Source: Candidatus Poribacteria bacterium
GTDB taxonomy: Bacteria > Poribacteria > WGA-4E > PCPOR2b
Reading direction: 5' to 3'
NCBI GenBank assembly: GCA_965198175.1
Contig: OZ240245.1
Span: forward strand, 128,001-192,000
DNA: 64,000 nt
Shown: positions 10,476-22,000 of the stretch, piece by piece
Position numbering within the stretch: the first letter of the stretch is position 1
Layout: each line of letters begins with the position of its first letter
Position numbers and translations under genes: made by a program
The notes under the pieces: generated by a model
The model's input: only the letters and a program-made list of their open reading frames with translations
What the model was told of the DNA's origin: nothing
Database searches by the model: none

Positions 10476-10733
10476 GTTGTAAATCAGATGATTCCATGTG
10501 TGCAGAAGTTTCACGCTCTGCAAGATTAGGTATAAAGTCTCCGACACGATAATGACCTCTGGAATATGGAGTACATTTCTCCCTGATCGATTGCGCGATG
10601 AAATAGATTTATCGCCGGGGCTAGCGGGGGAGTTTGTCAAAACTTTCATCTCTTTGCACTTTAGTTTTGACATGAGCTACCCTTCCAATATGAAAGAGAT
10701 AAACCAAATTAGCAGATAGGAGCAAGCTACAAG

Positions 10734-11675
10734 TTGAAATCCAATCTATCTCACTTACCAATGGGCTTTGTAAGCAAGCTAATCAATAAACAGAATTCAC
10801 TCGTTGCTCATCCGAACCAACAACAGACCCTTCCGTCTAGGATAGCGAATGTTGATGATAAAAAAAGCTTATTCGCCAAACGGAAGCGCAGAAGCAAAGT
10901 CGGCCCGACAAGGGAACAGATTTTAGAATTTCTCCTTGAATGGATCGACACCCTGTCACCCAACGAATCACGCATGTTGCGCGGAATTTTTTCACTTTCG
11001 ACAACTACTGCGCGAGAGGTCATGATTCCGTTGTCAGAAATCATCGCAGTTCATGTCGCGACACCTATTGAGCAAGTGAAGGCGATAGTGCGTCATTCCA
11101 ACTATCAATACATTCCTGTCTACGAAGAACGTATCGATCGATTGACAGGAATCGTGAGCATCTCCGAAGTTCTTTATGCTCCCCAGCGACTGAATGGACT
11201 GAACTCTCTTATTCGACCAGCGTACTATGTCCCCGAAACAAAGCTTACAAGCGATTTGCTTGAGGAGTTACGCATCGCCGAAGATCCCATCGCAATTATC
11301 ATTGATGAGCATGCGGGGTGCGTTGGATTTGTCACCTTAGAGGATATTTTTGAGCAAATTGTAGGCGAGATTCATTACAATCACAAAAGACATACCCCGC
11401 CCGTTGAGTTGCTCGACAATGGCTCATGGATCGTTAATGCGCGGACATCAATTGAGGCTATTAATTCATCATTAGGCACAAATATCCCGAGGGATCGGTG
11501 TGATACAATTGGTGGGTTTATATTGAATCTATTCGGTCGATTGCCGGAACAAGGCGAGAAAATCCATTATAATGGGTTTGAATTTACCATCGAAGAAGTT
11601 TTCAGTTACGGGATTGCCGTACTTCATGCAAATCAGATTAAGTCAATGATTCCCTCGGAGCAGCGGAGGAATTAG
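10734..11675 (+). CDS. CBS-pair plus CorC/HlyC domain protein lacking the DUF21 TM region
   Basis: 'TTAREVMIP', 'IPVYEERIDRLTGIV', 'DEHAGCVGFVTLEDIFEQIVGEI', 'DTIGGFIL'. TTG start with AGGAG RBS. Confidence 0.88.
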   Translation: MKSNLSHLPMGFVSKLINKQNSLVAHPNQQQTLPSRIANVDDKKSLFAKRKRRSKVGPTREQILEFLLEWIDTLSPNESRMLRGIFSLSTTTAREVMIPLSEIIAVHVATPIEQVKAIVRHSNYQYIPVYEERIDRLTGIVSISEVLYAPQRLNGLNSLIRPAYYVPETKLTSDLLEELRIAEDPIAIIIDEHAGCVGFVTLEDIFEQIVGEIHYNHKRHTPPVELLDNGSWIVNARTSIEAINSSLGTNIPRDRCDTIGGFILNLFGRLPEQGEKIHYNGFEFTIEEVFSYGIAVLHANQIKSMIPSEQRRN

Positions 11676-11950
11676 CTAGATATTATACAATTTCAGAATC
11701 ATCGGTTTAATCCCATCGAAACAAGTAAGGTGTCGTACTTCTTGCTATTAAGGCACTCTGTGGGTAAGACGAAATCGAAAAAATTGAGTTGGCATTCTGC
11801 TTTTTCGCAGGTTGATTTTGGTATCGCTGCTTCCAAAGCGCTCCAATCCAAGAATCGAAAATTCGCACCGGAACCGACTTCATTAAGAACTGTTAGTGGT
11901 ACATATCTGGTGAAGAATGTTAAAAATCGGAACACAATAGGCAAGATGCC

Positions 11951-12088
11951 ATGAAATTATCAGATCGCTTTGACCAACAGAGGAGACGTAGTTCATGGAA
12001 GCGCGTTGTATGGTATCTGATTTTACTCTTTGTGATTTTAGTATTGATGTGGAAAATGCCTACAATCACCCGCCATTTACCTTTCTGA
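11951..12088 (+). CDS. 45-aa single-TM small protein (not in the ORF track)
   Basis: MKLSDRFDQQRRRSSWKRVVWYLILLFVILVLMWKMPTITRHLPF: basic N-terminus then a clean TM helix. Co-directional and just upstream of the SBP gene. Confidence 0.55.
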   Translation: MKLSDRFDQQRRRSSWKRVVWYLILLFVILVLMWKMPTITRHLPF

Positions 12089-12141
12089 TTATCCCGCCGG
12101 AGTCCTTTGTACCTGTTCTTTTCAACGTCTTTTAGAAGGAT

Positions 12142-13494
12142 ATGCTTATGCGGACACAAAAGCGCGCACTGATACGGACGATATTTCTGATGCTTAGCTT
12201 CACCGCTCTTTTACATTGGGGAGAAGCAGCAACAGCCCAGGACAAGCTAGCGATTATTTCCCCACACTGGGAGGGCATCCAAACAGAATTTAGTAGGGCT
12301 TTCAGCGAGTGGTACGAAAACAAAGTGGGTAAGCAGATTAACCTTGATTGGATAGATTCAGGCGGGACGTCTTCCGATTTCCGATTTATTGAATCTGAAT
12401 TTCAGCGTGTTCCTGAAGGCATCGGTCTCGATCTCTTCTTTGGGGGAGGAACAGATAATTATCTTAAGCTTGCAGATAAAGGTCTACTGATTCCCTACAA
12501 ACTGCCTACAGAACAATTGCAAAGAATTCCTCAAGAGCTCTTTGGGATTCCAGTCTACGATTCGAAATATCAATGGTACGGCACAGCTCTATCAAGCTTT
12601 GGGATTATGTACAATGAGGAACTGCGTCAACGCCTCGGCTTGCCCGAAGTCAAGACATGGAAAGATTTAACACACCCCGAATTGATTGGCCGTGTGGGAG
12701 CGGCAGACCCACGTGAAAGCGGAAGCGCACACATGATGTACGAAATCATCCTCCAAGGTTACGGTTGGGAAAAAGGGTTTGCATTGATTACGCAATTGGG
12801 CGCCAATGTCAGAATGTTCCCCGCTGCCTCAAGTAGGATACCCATAGATGTCACGTCGGGACAAGTGATTTATGGAATGGCAATTGATTTTTACGCCCAT
12901 GGGCAGATTGCTGTATTTGGAAGCGATGCGATCGGATATATCGTGCCGCCGGATGCATCGGTTGTAAGCCCCGATTCCATTGCAATTCTTAAAGGCGCGC
13001 CGAACTTGGAAATGGCTCAAATGTTCATTGAGTTCGTGCTTTCGGATGAAGGGCAAAAGCTATGGATGCTACGTGATACAGACCCCGAAGGCCCAAAGGA
13101 GTTTGAACTGAACCGCTCCAGTGTAATTCCCGACCTCTACGATGAACTAGGCAAACGCTGCGTTGTATCCAATCCATTCCAACTTGATTTAACCCCTATC
13201 CGGTATGATGCAGAGAAAGGTGGAAAGCGTTGGGATATCGTGAGCGATCTCATCGGTGCGCTCGTTATTGACCCACACAAAGATTTGGTTGATGCGTGGA
13301 AAGCGATTAATAAATCTAAAGATAAAGCAACACGCGAGGCAGCAATCCGAAAGCTTGTTGAACTACCAATTACAGAAGAAGAAGCGATGCGAATCGCCCA
13401 AAACGAATGGCAAATGCCGGACTTTCGTAATACAAAACTAAAGGAGTGGCGTCAGTTTGCAACCCAAAAATTCAAAGCGGCGAAGAAGCCGTAG
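12142..13494 (+). CDS. ABC transporter substrate-binding protein (AfuA/Fe3+/thiamine cluster D-like)
   Basis: Signal peptide, 'LAIISPH', 'DLFFGGG', 'ADPRESGS', 'PDSIAILKGAPNLEMAQMFIEFVLS'. Confidence 0.88.
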   Translation: MLMRTQKRALIRTIFLMLSFTALLHWGEAATAQDKLAIISPHWEGIQTEFSRAFSEWYENKVGKQINLDWIDSGGTSSDFRFIESEFQRVPEGIGLDLFFGGGTDNYLKLADKGLLIPYKLPTEQLQRIPQELFGIPVYDSKYQWYGTALSSFGIMYNEELRQRLGLPEVKTWKDLTHPELIGRVGAADPRESGSAHMMYEIILQGYGWEKGFALITQLGANVRMFPAASSRIPIDVTSGQVIYGMAIDFYAHGQIAVFGSDAIGYIVPPDASVVSPDSIAILKGAPNLEMAQMFIEFVLSDEGQKLWMLRDTDPEGPKEFELNRSSVIPDLYDELGKRCVVSNPFQLDLTPIRYDAEKGGKRWDIVSDLIGALVIDPHKDLVDAWKAINKSKDKATREAAIRKLVELPITEEEAMRIAQNEWQMPDFRNTKLKEWRQFATQKFKAAKKP

Positions 13495-13799
13495 GCTTTA
13501 CGGTTCCGACTTTTCCTGCGATTAGCAGGTAGATGATTTTCTGTTTGTCTGTTTGAAGGTAGGTCTAATTTTTTAGAAAACTTTTTGGATAACGATGGTG
13601 TTTCATACGCCCCCAAAAAAACAAAAAAACATCTGTGAACCCCTGTGATAAGCCCCGCGATTCGGCAACTGCTACCTCCCATGAAAAAGGGCAGATTCCA
13701 CATCTGGGATTTAGAATCGAATCCCGTTATCTGAAATCTGCCCGGTAGTTTATATCCGCTTCAAATTGCTTCAAAACCTCTACGACCACAGCTTATGAA

Positions 13800-14582
13800 C
13801 TAATCGTGAGCCTTGAGCAGCGCCCATGTAGTCGCCAATTTATCCTGTGGCAAAACGGCTGTGGGGATTTGCCCACCAGCAAGTGCTCCGATTTCATCGG
13901 CAGATAATGCCCGGTTCCAGAGACCGATTTCATCCATCTTGCCATTGTACCATTCCGATCGCCCCTCGTGGACCAGACGGTTGCCAAAGTATAACACCGA
14001 TCCTGTGGTGTCAGGGATTGGTCCCTCGAACTCCGTCGTGCCCGCCATATTACCGTCAATATACACGACGCTCTGCGCCATGTCGTGCGTCCATGCGACA
14101 TGATGCCATTCACCAAAAGCGGGAAACAGCATGTCGTCGGAGAATCCAAAGGAACTACCATGACCCCAGTGCATGCGTTGGTCGCCAAGGACATACCACT
14201 GCACTCTTACACCGTCACTCTCCGACTTATCCATCAGTGAACCGCCGCCGCGAGGACAGAGCCACATTGCAACAGTGAACCCAGGATCCCAGTTATTAAG
14301 GTCCGGGGCATCTTCCACGGTAATCAAGGGATCTCCACCCGCCGTAAAATCCAACGCGGTACCAGAGTTAGAGGCAGTATCGTCTACAAATACAATCCCC
14401 GCTGACAGCATACCGGTATGCCCCCCGGCGCTATCGTTGACGGTATTTCCAGAACCTTCATCACAACCCCAGTAGGCGACCAAATTGCCATCAATCGCTG
14501 CGAAAGCACTCGAATTGGCGATGACCATGATGGCAATTAGTGTAAGCAGATAAGAAGCGTGTTTAATGAAAAATCTATACAT
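13800..14582 (-). CDS. Secreted LamG/concanavalin-like domain protein with conserved C-terminal tail
   Basis: Signal peptide, 'LVAYWGCDEGSG', 'WHHVAWTHD', 'YNGKMDEIGLWNRALSADEI', tail 'AVLPQDKLATTWALLK'. Confidence 0.9.
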   Translation of the reverse strand: MYRFFIKHASYLLTLIAIMVIANSSAFAAIDGNLVAYWGCDEGSGNTVNDSAGGHTGMLSAGIVFVDDTASNSGTALDFTAGGDPLITVEDAPDLNNWDPGFTVAMWLCPRGGGSLMDKSESDGVRVQWYVLGDQRMHWGHGSSFGFSDDMLFPAFGEWHHVAWTHDMAQSVVYIDGNMAGTTEFEGPIPDTTGSVLYFGNRLVHEGRSEWYNGKMDEIGLWNRALSADEIGALAGGQIPTAVLPQDKLATTWALLKAHD

Positions 14583-14955
14583 GTCTAACCTCCCTATTCA
14601 AAGCATTTAATCGTGTAATTTATCGTACTGAATACCGGCAGAATCGCCGGACAAAATAGATTCTATGAAATCCCATCCCAATGGCGAATCGGGTTTAGAA
14701 TTCATCAGTTGGAGCGTGTTTACCTGTCCAAATCTGATTAGCGCTAAGGTATATCTTGCACTGTACCTAAACGCTTGGCAAAAGCCGAACTCACCTCCTC
14801 TCTCAGTTGCAGCCCAAACACTATGTTTTGGCATGGAGTATGAATTTCCGATCCACACGTGTTGGGTTGAGTTAAGCCCTCTTTTTCGCCTCCACCCCCG
14901 TACATCTCGGCAAAGTTGCGAGGCGATGAGCGAAGGTGCAAGAGCTGTACATGTG

Positions 14956-15720
14956 CTAATTTAAGCGAGTTTTCAGCGTTGCCCACGTAGTTGCTAATTT
15001 GCCCTGTGGTGAGACGGCGAGGACATTTGGTAGCCCCACCTTTATGAGCTCGTTGACTTCCTCCTCGGATAACGGTCGATTCCAGAAACCGATATCGTCC
15101 AAAATTCCATTGAACCACTCTTGCCGACCTTCCCAGGGCAACCGGTTACCAAAGTGCATATCCCTCCCGGTCTCAGGAACTGCCCCGAGGCGGTTCATGC
15201 CAACTTCTTTGCCGTCACGATAGACAATGCTCGCTTCATCTGGCTCATGCGACCATACAAAGTGATACCATTCGTTAAAATTGGGAACTGGATCGCCATC
15301 CGAGAACCCAAATTGTCCACCGATACCCCAGTGGTGGCGTTTGTCGCCAAGAATATACCACTGGATTCTCGAACCATCATCTCCCGACTTATCCATAATC
15401 GCGCCGCCCTGTTTCGGGTTTATCCAGTGCGCGATTGTAAACCCGTCCTTCAGCCTATCAATGTCCTTTGAATTTTTGACCGTGATGAGCGTTTGGCCTT
15501 CAAGCCGATAAGCAGACTTTCCGTTCTTAGCGTCATCAGTCCACTCACCGCCATCAATTTCGCCATCGTGGTCACCCACAGCATCTTTCATAACAGCTCC
15601 CTTCCCCTCATCGAGTAACCAAGCGGCAACCAGTCCGTCGACAAGGTCGGCCGGAGCTTTAACGGAAATCACACACACAAATGCAGTAATCGCAATGGAG
15701 CAGTGAACTATCCTCCTCAT
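14956..15720 (-). CDS. Secreted LamG/concanavalin-like domain protein (paralog of the adjacent gene)
   Basis: 'LVAAWLLDEGKG'. Shares 'GG.IMDKS..DG.RIQWYILGD.R.HWG' with its neighbour. Tail 'AVSPQGKLATTWATLK'. Confidence 0.9.
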   Translation of the reverse strand: MRRIVHCSIAITAFVCVISVKAPADLVDGLVAAWLLDEGKGAVMKDAVGDHDGEIDGGEWTDDAKNGKSAYRLEGQTLITVKNSKDIDRLKDGFTIAHWINPKQGGAIMDKSGDDGSRIQWYILGDKRHHWGIGGQFGFSDGDPVPNFNEWYHFVWSHEPDEASIVYRDGKEVGMNRLGAVPETGRDMHFGNRLPWEGRQEWFNGILDDIGFWNRPLSEEEVNELIKVGLPNVLAVSPQGKLATTWATLKTRLN

Positions 15721-16100
15721 CAGAAATCCCCCTTAGAAATCAAGTGCTAAAAAAAGAGATAGACACATTATTATGCTCAGAGCAACTATCTCATATCCCG
15801 TTCTCCGTTAAAGATTATATCATAATTAGACTGTAAATTTCAATGCCTATTATTCCATCTTGAGTTGTCGCTTGTCCGACGGTCACGCGGCGTTAATTCC
15901 GAATGTTCTATTATTGTGGAAAGGACTTGAGATGTCAGAAAGTTCGATATTACCGGTGGGCGTTTATGGTTTTTCGCACCTTAATTGACGTACGATTATT
16001 TTGTTGGACCTCCTTCAGGGAGAACCGCTCACCGGATTTTCACCGGCCCCTTGATAAAGTTACGTCAACTTGAATCAAATTGTCCAAACTTTAGTTAGCA

Positions 16101-16616
16101 TTAAGGGAGGCTAGTGTAAATCCGAGTGTTTTCCAAAGTATGCGAGAACGGCCCTTGTTTATCTGTTTCCACAGTAACTGTAATGATTCCCATTTCTGTG
16201 TCTCGCTGTGGGTCTTCAAGGATTAGCGAACGCGGAATTTCTGAACGAAGTAATCTTAGGTTTGACCTACCAAGCGATCCCCACCGCAAATCAAAAAGTT
16301 GACCATCATAGACCTTTTCGCTCTTGGCACCTTGCCGCGTTGAATAGATTGTAGCATCTGTTATAAACTTGGATTCGGAGATCGCGTTAACACCAATCCG
16401 TGGGGTCAGGATGCTTTCACTCCAGATGAGAGGGCGACGATTTTTGTCGAGCAGAATAATTCGAATATCAAGATAGCTAAGACGAAAATCTGATTCGATT
16501 CTGATGTTGTCGAAGTTTTGAATTTCTCCGCTACTGCACCCAAATATTGCGATTAGGAGAACTGAAGCTAACCCGGAAAAAAGCTGTTCTGTTTTTACAT
16601 TCCTAAAGCAATACAA
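16101..16616 (-). CDS. Hypothetical lipoprotein
   Basis: Lipobox-like 'VLLIAIFGC'. Start uncertain; TTG at 16616 chosen. Confidence 0.55.
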   Translation of the reverse strand: MYCFRNVKTEQLFSGLASVLLIAIFGCSSGEIQNFDNIRIESDFRLSYLDIRIILLDKNRRPLIWSESILTPRIGVNAISESKFITDATIYSTRQGAKSEKVYDGQLFDLRWGSLGRSNLRLLRSEIPRSLILEDPQRDTEMGIITVTVETDKQGPFSHTLENTRIYTSLP

Positions 16617-16708
16617 CTTTGTACACCTGCCCTCAAGCCCAAACTCAACAGAATAAGCGGCTTGTTCGAACAACAAACAATATTTGCTTATCTTTGATAT
16701 GTACAGTC

Positions 16709-16735
16709 AAAAAAAGGCAGCCATCAGGCTGCCTT
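16709..16735 (-). terminator. Rho-independent terminator after the exbBDD operon
   Basis: Stem AAGGCAGCC/GGCTGCCTT with 4-nt loop, followed by a U-tract on the minus strand. Confidence 0.75.
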
Positions 16736-16868
16736 GAGTGGAACATATATATACTTCGAAACGTTATCGAATCTTTGCCAATCTGTTTCCTTGGCAAGCC
16801 GTATTTTTCTATTGCCCGATAACACTAACCATGATTAGAACATTCCAAGGAGGCATCTTGACCTAAAT

Positions 16869-17285
16869 CTACTCATCTTCCGAAACGGCTATGGCAATTT
16901 CCTGTCCTTCAGGTTTACTAAAACGTTGTTTTGCGCGCTCCATCACATCAATAACAACGCCATGATGGGTGCTTTTGTCTGCTTTGAGGATTAGCGTACT
17001 AATCAGATGTTCGTGCGTAGACAGAAATATGTCCATATCGTCCATCGTTAGCATTAACTCGTCATCAAATGAAATTTGACCATCTGCACTGATAAAGAGG
17101 TTAAATTTCTTACGGGGAAATTCATGCTTTGTTGCTGACTCCGGTAGGGTGACTGAAAATGGGGGTGGGGTTCGCATGATTGCCGAGACCATAAAGAAAA
17201 TCAACAGCAGAAACACGCAATCAATCATCGGCGCCATCTGTAACTCTCTATCTTGCCCACCGCCCCGCCGCTTAAATAAAGCCAT
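16869..17285 (-). CDS. exbD: Biopolymer transporter ExbD/TolR family
   Basis: 'MAPMIDCVFLLLIFFMV', 'LKADKSTHHGVVIDVM'. AGGAGG RBS. Confidence 0.92.
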   Translation of the reverse strand: MALFKRRGGGQDRELQMAPMIDCVFLLLIFFMVSAIMRTPPPFSVTLPESATKHEFPRKKFNLFISADGQISFDDELMLTMDDMDIFLSTHEHLISTLILKADKSTHHGVVIDVMERAKQRFSKPEGQEIAIAVSEDE

Positions 17286-17301
17286 AAGTTTCCTCCTTTT
17301 A

Positions 17302-17754
17302 TCATTCCCTTGCGACCATTGCAAAACCAATTTTATCTATACCAGCTTGCTTTGCAAGATCCATAATCTTAACAATCTGCTCATGTAAAACTGCACGCTC
17401 TGATTGGATGATCAGCATATTCTTGATGTCCTCGGGAGCGTTGATGAGCTGGCTAAACATATCGTTGAAACCGACTATTTCATCGTTCAACACCATAGTT
17501 CCTTCTCGTACAGTTCCCGTCGGATTGGCAATCCTAACGATAAGTCCCTTCGGCTTATTGGGATTCGGCTTGCCCGGTGGAGGTAACTGTACGCGAATCC
17601 CCGGCATTGGCGAAAATGTCGTCGCCACCATAAAAAAGATTAACAGCAAGAAGACACAGTCAATCATGGGGGCCATGTCCATTCTAGGCCCTTTTCTCTC
17701 CTTCAGTTTTGTAGAGAGCAATGTCATACGTTCTGGTTTTCCACCCTGAGCCAT
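17302..17754 (-). CDS. exbD: Biopolymer transporter ExbD/TolR family
   Basis: 'MAPMIDCVFLLLIFFMVATTF', 'VKIMDLAKQAGIDKIGF'. AGGAGG RBS. Confidence 0.92.
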   Translation of the reverse strand: MAQGGKPERMTLLSTKLKERKGPRMDMAPMIDCVFLLLIFFMVATTFSPMPGIRVQLPPPGKPNPNKPKGLIVRIANPTGTVREGTMVLNDEIVGFNDMFSQLINAPEDIKNMLIIQSERAVLHEQIVKIMDLAKQAGIDKIGFAMVARE

Positions 17755-17779
17755 TTCAATCCTCCTATTGATGGGGGTG

Positions 17780-17820
17780 ATGCCGCCCCTAGTAACTTTG
17801 GGTTACAGCCGGGGCGGCAT
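17780..17820. promoter_or_regulatory. Strong intercistronic hairpin between exbB and exbD
   Basis: Outer stem ATGCCGCCCC/GGGGCGGCAT and inner stem GTAAC/GTTAC. No U-tract, so more likely an mRNA-stability element. Confidence 0.5.
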
Positions 17821-17831
17821 TGAGGTGGGGT

Positions 17832-18854
17832 TTAGGCGTTACCTATTTGACCAAGCACTAGCTGATTTACGATTTCGTTTGAGACTTGTTCAATCTCAAT
17901 CACATACCTGTTGACCCAGCTATCAAAAAGGTTGTAGAAAATGAGGCAAGGAATAGCTATCGTTAAACCGCCTGCAGTAGTCAACAACGCTTGAGAAATA
18001 CCTCCTGCCAATTGCTGCGGGTCACCGGTACCTTCTAGTGCAATCGTCGTAAACGCGCTAATCATACCGATTACGGTACCCAGCAAACCAAACAGGGGAG
18101 AAATGGCGGCAATGGTACCGAGTACAGGCAGATTTCGCTCAAGCTCGGGAATTTCAAGGAGACCTGCTTCCTGAATGGCTTCCTGGATTTCTTCCTTGGT
18201 AATATCTCGCTCTTCAATTTGTGCCTGGCTGTATTTCAACAAACCCGCCTTCAACACGTTCGCTAATGGACCGCCAGCCTCCTCACAGGTCGAGACAGCT
18301 TCCATAATGTTCTCGTTACGCAAAAAGTTCGTGACACTTGCCATGAACTGTTCTGTGCCAATTTTTGATCGGCTTCTCGCAAAAGTGAAAAGCCGTTCAA
18401 TAATGAAAGTCACTGCCACAACGGAGCAGAGAGCGAGCGGCCAGAATATGATACCAAATTTTGCAAAGAAGGAGAAAACAGTATCTTTTTTCGTCATTTT
18501 CATTGCTATATACTGATCGCCGCCGGCTGTAACTGTTACGGGTTTACCTTCTCGAGGTTTGTAGCCATCTCGATAGAAACTCATCAAATACCGCCCAGGG
18601 GGAATGCCGCTTTTTTCAAATTCCCCGCCGGAATCTGATTTTGTGTCATACTCGTTCCCGAGGACATCTTTAATAACCACTGTGACCTCGGTAACAGGGT
18701 TTGATTGAGCAGAGGTGTCCAGAACCTGACCACGAACAAGACCAGTTGTACTAGAAACATCTACGGATGTTGCGTCATCCTCTTGGGCGAGTACTACTAC
18801 ACCCTGGAAAATCAAAAGGCTAACAAAAATTAGGGTTACACTGAAGCGTTGCAT
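17832..18854 (-). CDS. exbB: MotA/TolQ/ExbB proton channel protein with an N-terminal periplasmic carboxypeptidase-regulatory-like domain
   Basis: 'LGTIAAISPLFGLLGTVIGMISAF', 'LAGGISQALLTTAGGLTIAIP'. Signal peptide followed by 'GLVRGQVLD...SDSGGEFEKSGIPPGRY'. Confidence 0.92.
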   Translation of the reverse strand: MQRFSVTLIFVSLLIFQGVVVLAQEDDATSVDVSSTTGLVRGQVLDTSAQSNPVTEVTVVIKDVLGNEYDTKSDSGGEFEKSGIPPGRYLMSFYRDGYKPREGKPVTVTAGGDQYIAMKMTKKDTVFSFFAKFGIIFWPLALCSVVAVTFIIERLFTFARSRSKIGTEQFMASVTNFLRNENIMEAVSTCEEAGGPLANVLKAGLLKYSQAQIEERDITKEEIQEAIQEAGLLEIPELERNLPVLGTIAAISPLFGLLGTVIGMISAFTTIALEGTGDPQQLAGGISQALLTTAGGLTIAIPCLIFYNLFDSWVNRYVIEIEQVSNEIVNQLVLGQIGNA

Positions 18855-18956
18855 ACTTTCCTCCCACAATCTGTAAGTTTAGGTTATTATTATAGAAAAG
18901 AGATCGCGTTTCCTATTATAAACCCCTGATGTTTTCAAAAGTTTTGAATGAAATTG

Positions 18957-18990
18957 AAAAATAGCGCCAAGCATTCGCAATGCTTGGCGC
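18957..18990 (-). terminator. Rho-independent terminator/attenuator after the large OM protein gene
   Basis: Perfect 12-bp stem GCGCCAAGCATT/AATGCTTGGCGC followed by TATTTTT on the minus strand. Confidence 0.7.
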
Positions 18991-19001
18991 CTTTCATCAT
19001 G

Positions 19002-22000
19002 TTAGAATCCCATCATTGCACGGATGAACGTTGTGTTCGTCGTCGTTCGCTCAAAAATGATGCGCGTCCGACGGAAACCTGAGAGTATCACAATGTTGAA
19101 CCCTAACCATTCTCCGCGCTTAATCATTTGAATTTCAAAGATGCGCGTCCGAATGTCCGGACGGAATAATATGGGCACCGGCTCATCAACAGGGAAATTC
19201 GTTAGAAAACTCTTAAAATTATCATCCCGGTTGGTAAACTTACGGTACTGAAAACCTGCAAGAATATTCACTCGTTGTGAGAACTGGTAATCCAGACGAA
19301 CCCCCAGCACATCCTCACGACTCCGACGATTAAACCGTAAGTATTCTATCGGAGGTAAATCGGTTGGGACGAACAGACGAGGATTCAGTACGTCCCCAAT
19401 CTCACCACCTTTTCGATCGAACGCTTTCGTCCAGATGTACTTAGTCATGGGCGTGAGCGTTAAATCCTCACCGATTTTGTCTATCCCTGGCAAGTCGCCT
19501 AACGGTATCTCATATCTGAACTTGATGACCGTTACTTGGTTGCGAATACTACGCTCCGCATAGCGACGCGGTTTCCACTGCTCGGGATCGTAAATTAGCC
19601 CGCTCTGTTGAGCTTCATCGGGATGCAGCGGGTTTAGACCGTGATCGGGATAGAACGGAAATTCACGTCTATCTCCAGCGACACGAACCTGATCTATCGG
19701 GATCATCAAGTCAACACGTTCATCGATCTCAGTGTTCACATCACTTTCTTCATCATCCTCGTTGAACGGGATATCTAACGCTATCGCATCCTCAATATCC
19801 GGCTCAAACTGTTTTTGGAGTTGTACCAAAAATTTCGTTTCTACCGTCAAATTCGGGATTGCCGTGTAAATGAACTGTAGTGTTGACAGATTCACACGCG
19901 CATTGAAAAAGTCCAGTTCATCTGATTCTTGTAGTGGTTCCAATTCACCAGGACGCAGTGTAATCGAGTATTCAGGAATGTCGTCTCGAACGCGAACAAA
20001 ACGATTCTGGAACAACAACGTGCCAAAATCAGGGATATCACGTTGATAGGTCAGATGCATGTATTTCGAATTGTTTTGACGACGACTCGATATTTCGCTT
20101 TCGTTTAACCAACCTACTTTTAGCGTTAGGTTATCCAACAAGTCGTAGCTCGCTGCGACATGGAACCCTTCACGGTCTATACCGTACTCATACTGCGGTT
20201 CAAAATCATCTTCGAGCGAATCAATGACCCCGTTGTTGTTCAAGTCGACCAGATCCTGAAAAATTGGCGGATCTGCTTCGAAGATCAGGAAGTCTTCCTG
20301 GTAGTCTAGGATGCCATTCTGATCGCGGTCGTCGGCTTGTGGTAAGACACCGTCAAAGTCAATGTCATCTGGCCAGTCATCATCATCATCATCATCTTCA
20401 ACCAAGATGTAATTGATTTCGTCATACGGCGAGACTTCCGCCGCCGATTCGGGCGTCCGCTCTAGAGAATAGGTCTGATCTCTGTCTGTGTTCGCCCCCC
20501 AATTATGGTACGTCGTGGTGTAGCCGGGGTCAATGTGATAGAACGTCTCTTCCAAAAACAGCTTTCCGAAACGTTGCTTGAGGTTGATAAACCACGCCAC
20601 TTCACGACCCAGTTCACCACTTCCATTTTCGTCGGTACCATCTCCACCTAACCGGGCTTCAAACCGTTCCCCTTCCGTCTCGGAGAACGTCGGAAGACTC
20701 GTATCAGTGTTAATCACCAAGCCCGTTGAGGGATCTATCGCGATGTTCGCCGGATCCGTGATATCGGGATTGATCTGGCTGAAACTGACCTTGTCTTTGG
20801 GAATGGTCGGATACTGCTTATACTTGCTGTTAACTGAATAGTGGGCGCGAATTAAGGTGTTAAACAGGGTACCTTCCAGGTCCACACCGTACAACACCGC
20901 TGCCCTAGCTGCACCGTAGCGATAGCTAACTTTACGAGGGCGTCCTTCACCTTTCCACCCACTTGGATTCCGAAACAGACTGGCGCGATTGTCTGTATAC
21001 TCGGACGATTGACCGTAATTGCCGGGTGCCTGGATGACATCTCGAAATGGCATTTCAATATGACCATCTGAGGTTTTAATCCATGCCGAACTTACGTCGC
21101 CGACGTTGGCGCCGCTGAAGCCGACCACTGAGATATTATAGTCGCCAGCAACTATCATCTCAAACGCCACCGATTTCACCTGACGGGAGTTGATTGGATC
21201 GTCCAATGCTTCGAGGTTCAATTCATACTGCATAGCATTGAAGCCTTCGACGATTTTCCATTCGCCGGTCTCGTGGACTGTACTAGCTCCTACCGGCACA
21301 ATCGCATCGGAAAATACGGTGAATTTTCGCTGTTCTTCCGGCAACTGACGAGCCACTTCTCCAGCTTCCCTTTCGTCGACTGTCAGTTCTTCAAGTCCTT
21401 GCGTGACAACCGTCACTGTTATCACCTTAACCGCTGCGCCTACGCCGCCTTGGGCATTTTCTTCGGGAAGGTTGTCAAAGGCTAGCGGGTGGTTATCCTC
21501 TGGGGAATCATCGCGGAAAACCACTACGATGCGATCTGGCGGGGTGTTCGCCACGGTGCCCAACATCGAACTCTCCACTCGTTCGGGATGTTCTTTATTG
21601 AGGTTAATGTAAGTGAATCCCGCACGGAACACATCCCCCAAAAGTCCCTGAGCCCGAAATCCAATTAGACGCGCGTTTTCAATGTGCCGAACCCCTGCAT
21701 CATCAGAAAAGCCGTTGCGGCGACCAAAGGTGCCTGCCAACGTGGGTACGGCATCAGAGAGTTGCGATGGGTTAGAAATTCGGGAATTTAGCAGCGTAAA
21801 AAGGTGGCGTTCATGGGCAAACGAAATATCCATGCGAAACCCATCGAATTCGGTTTTATACATGATATATCGGTTGGGGAATAACGTAGAGGGCTTAATC
21901 CGCATGTTGTCGCCGATGGCGCACTCTGCATGTCTGCCGCGGAATGTATCTTCGGTCAGGACGGTGCGGTCCAACTGTGCAGAGAACCGCTCACTATCGA

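Noticed and set aside
13687..13743. Extended hairpin GGGCAGATT...AATCTGCCC as a possible ncRNA
   Set aside because: It lies between convergent genes and is adequately explained as a terminator; no recognisable RNA family motif.
15983..16070. Short inverted repeat TTGACGTA...TACGTCAA as a possible MITE
   Set aside because: The arms are only about 8-10 bp, with no target duplication and no second copy in the window.
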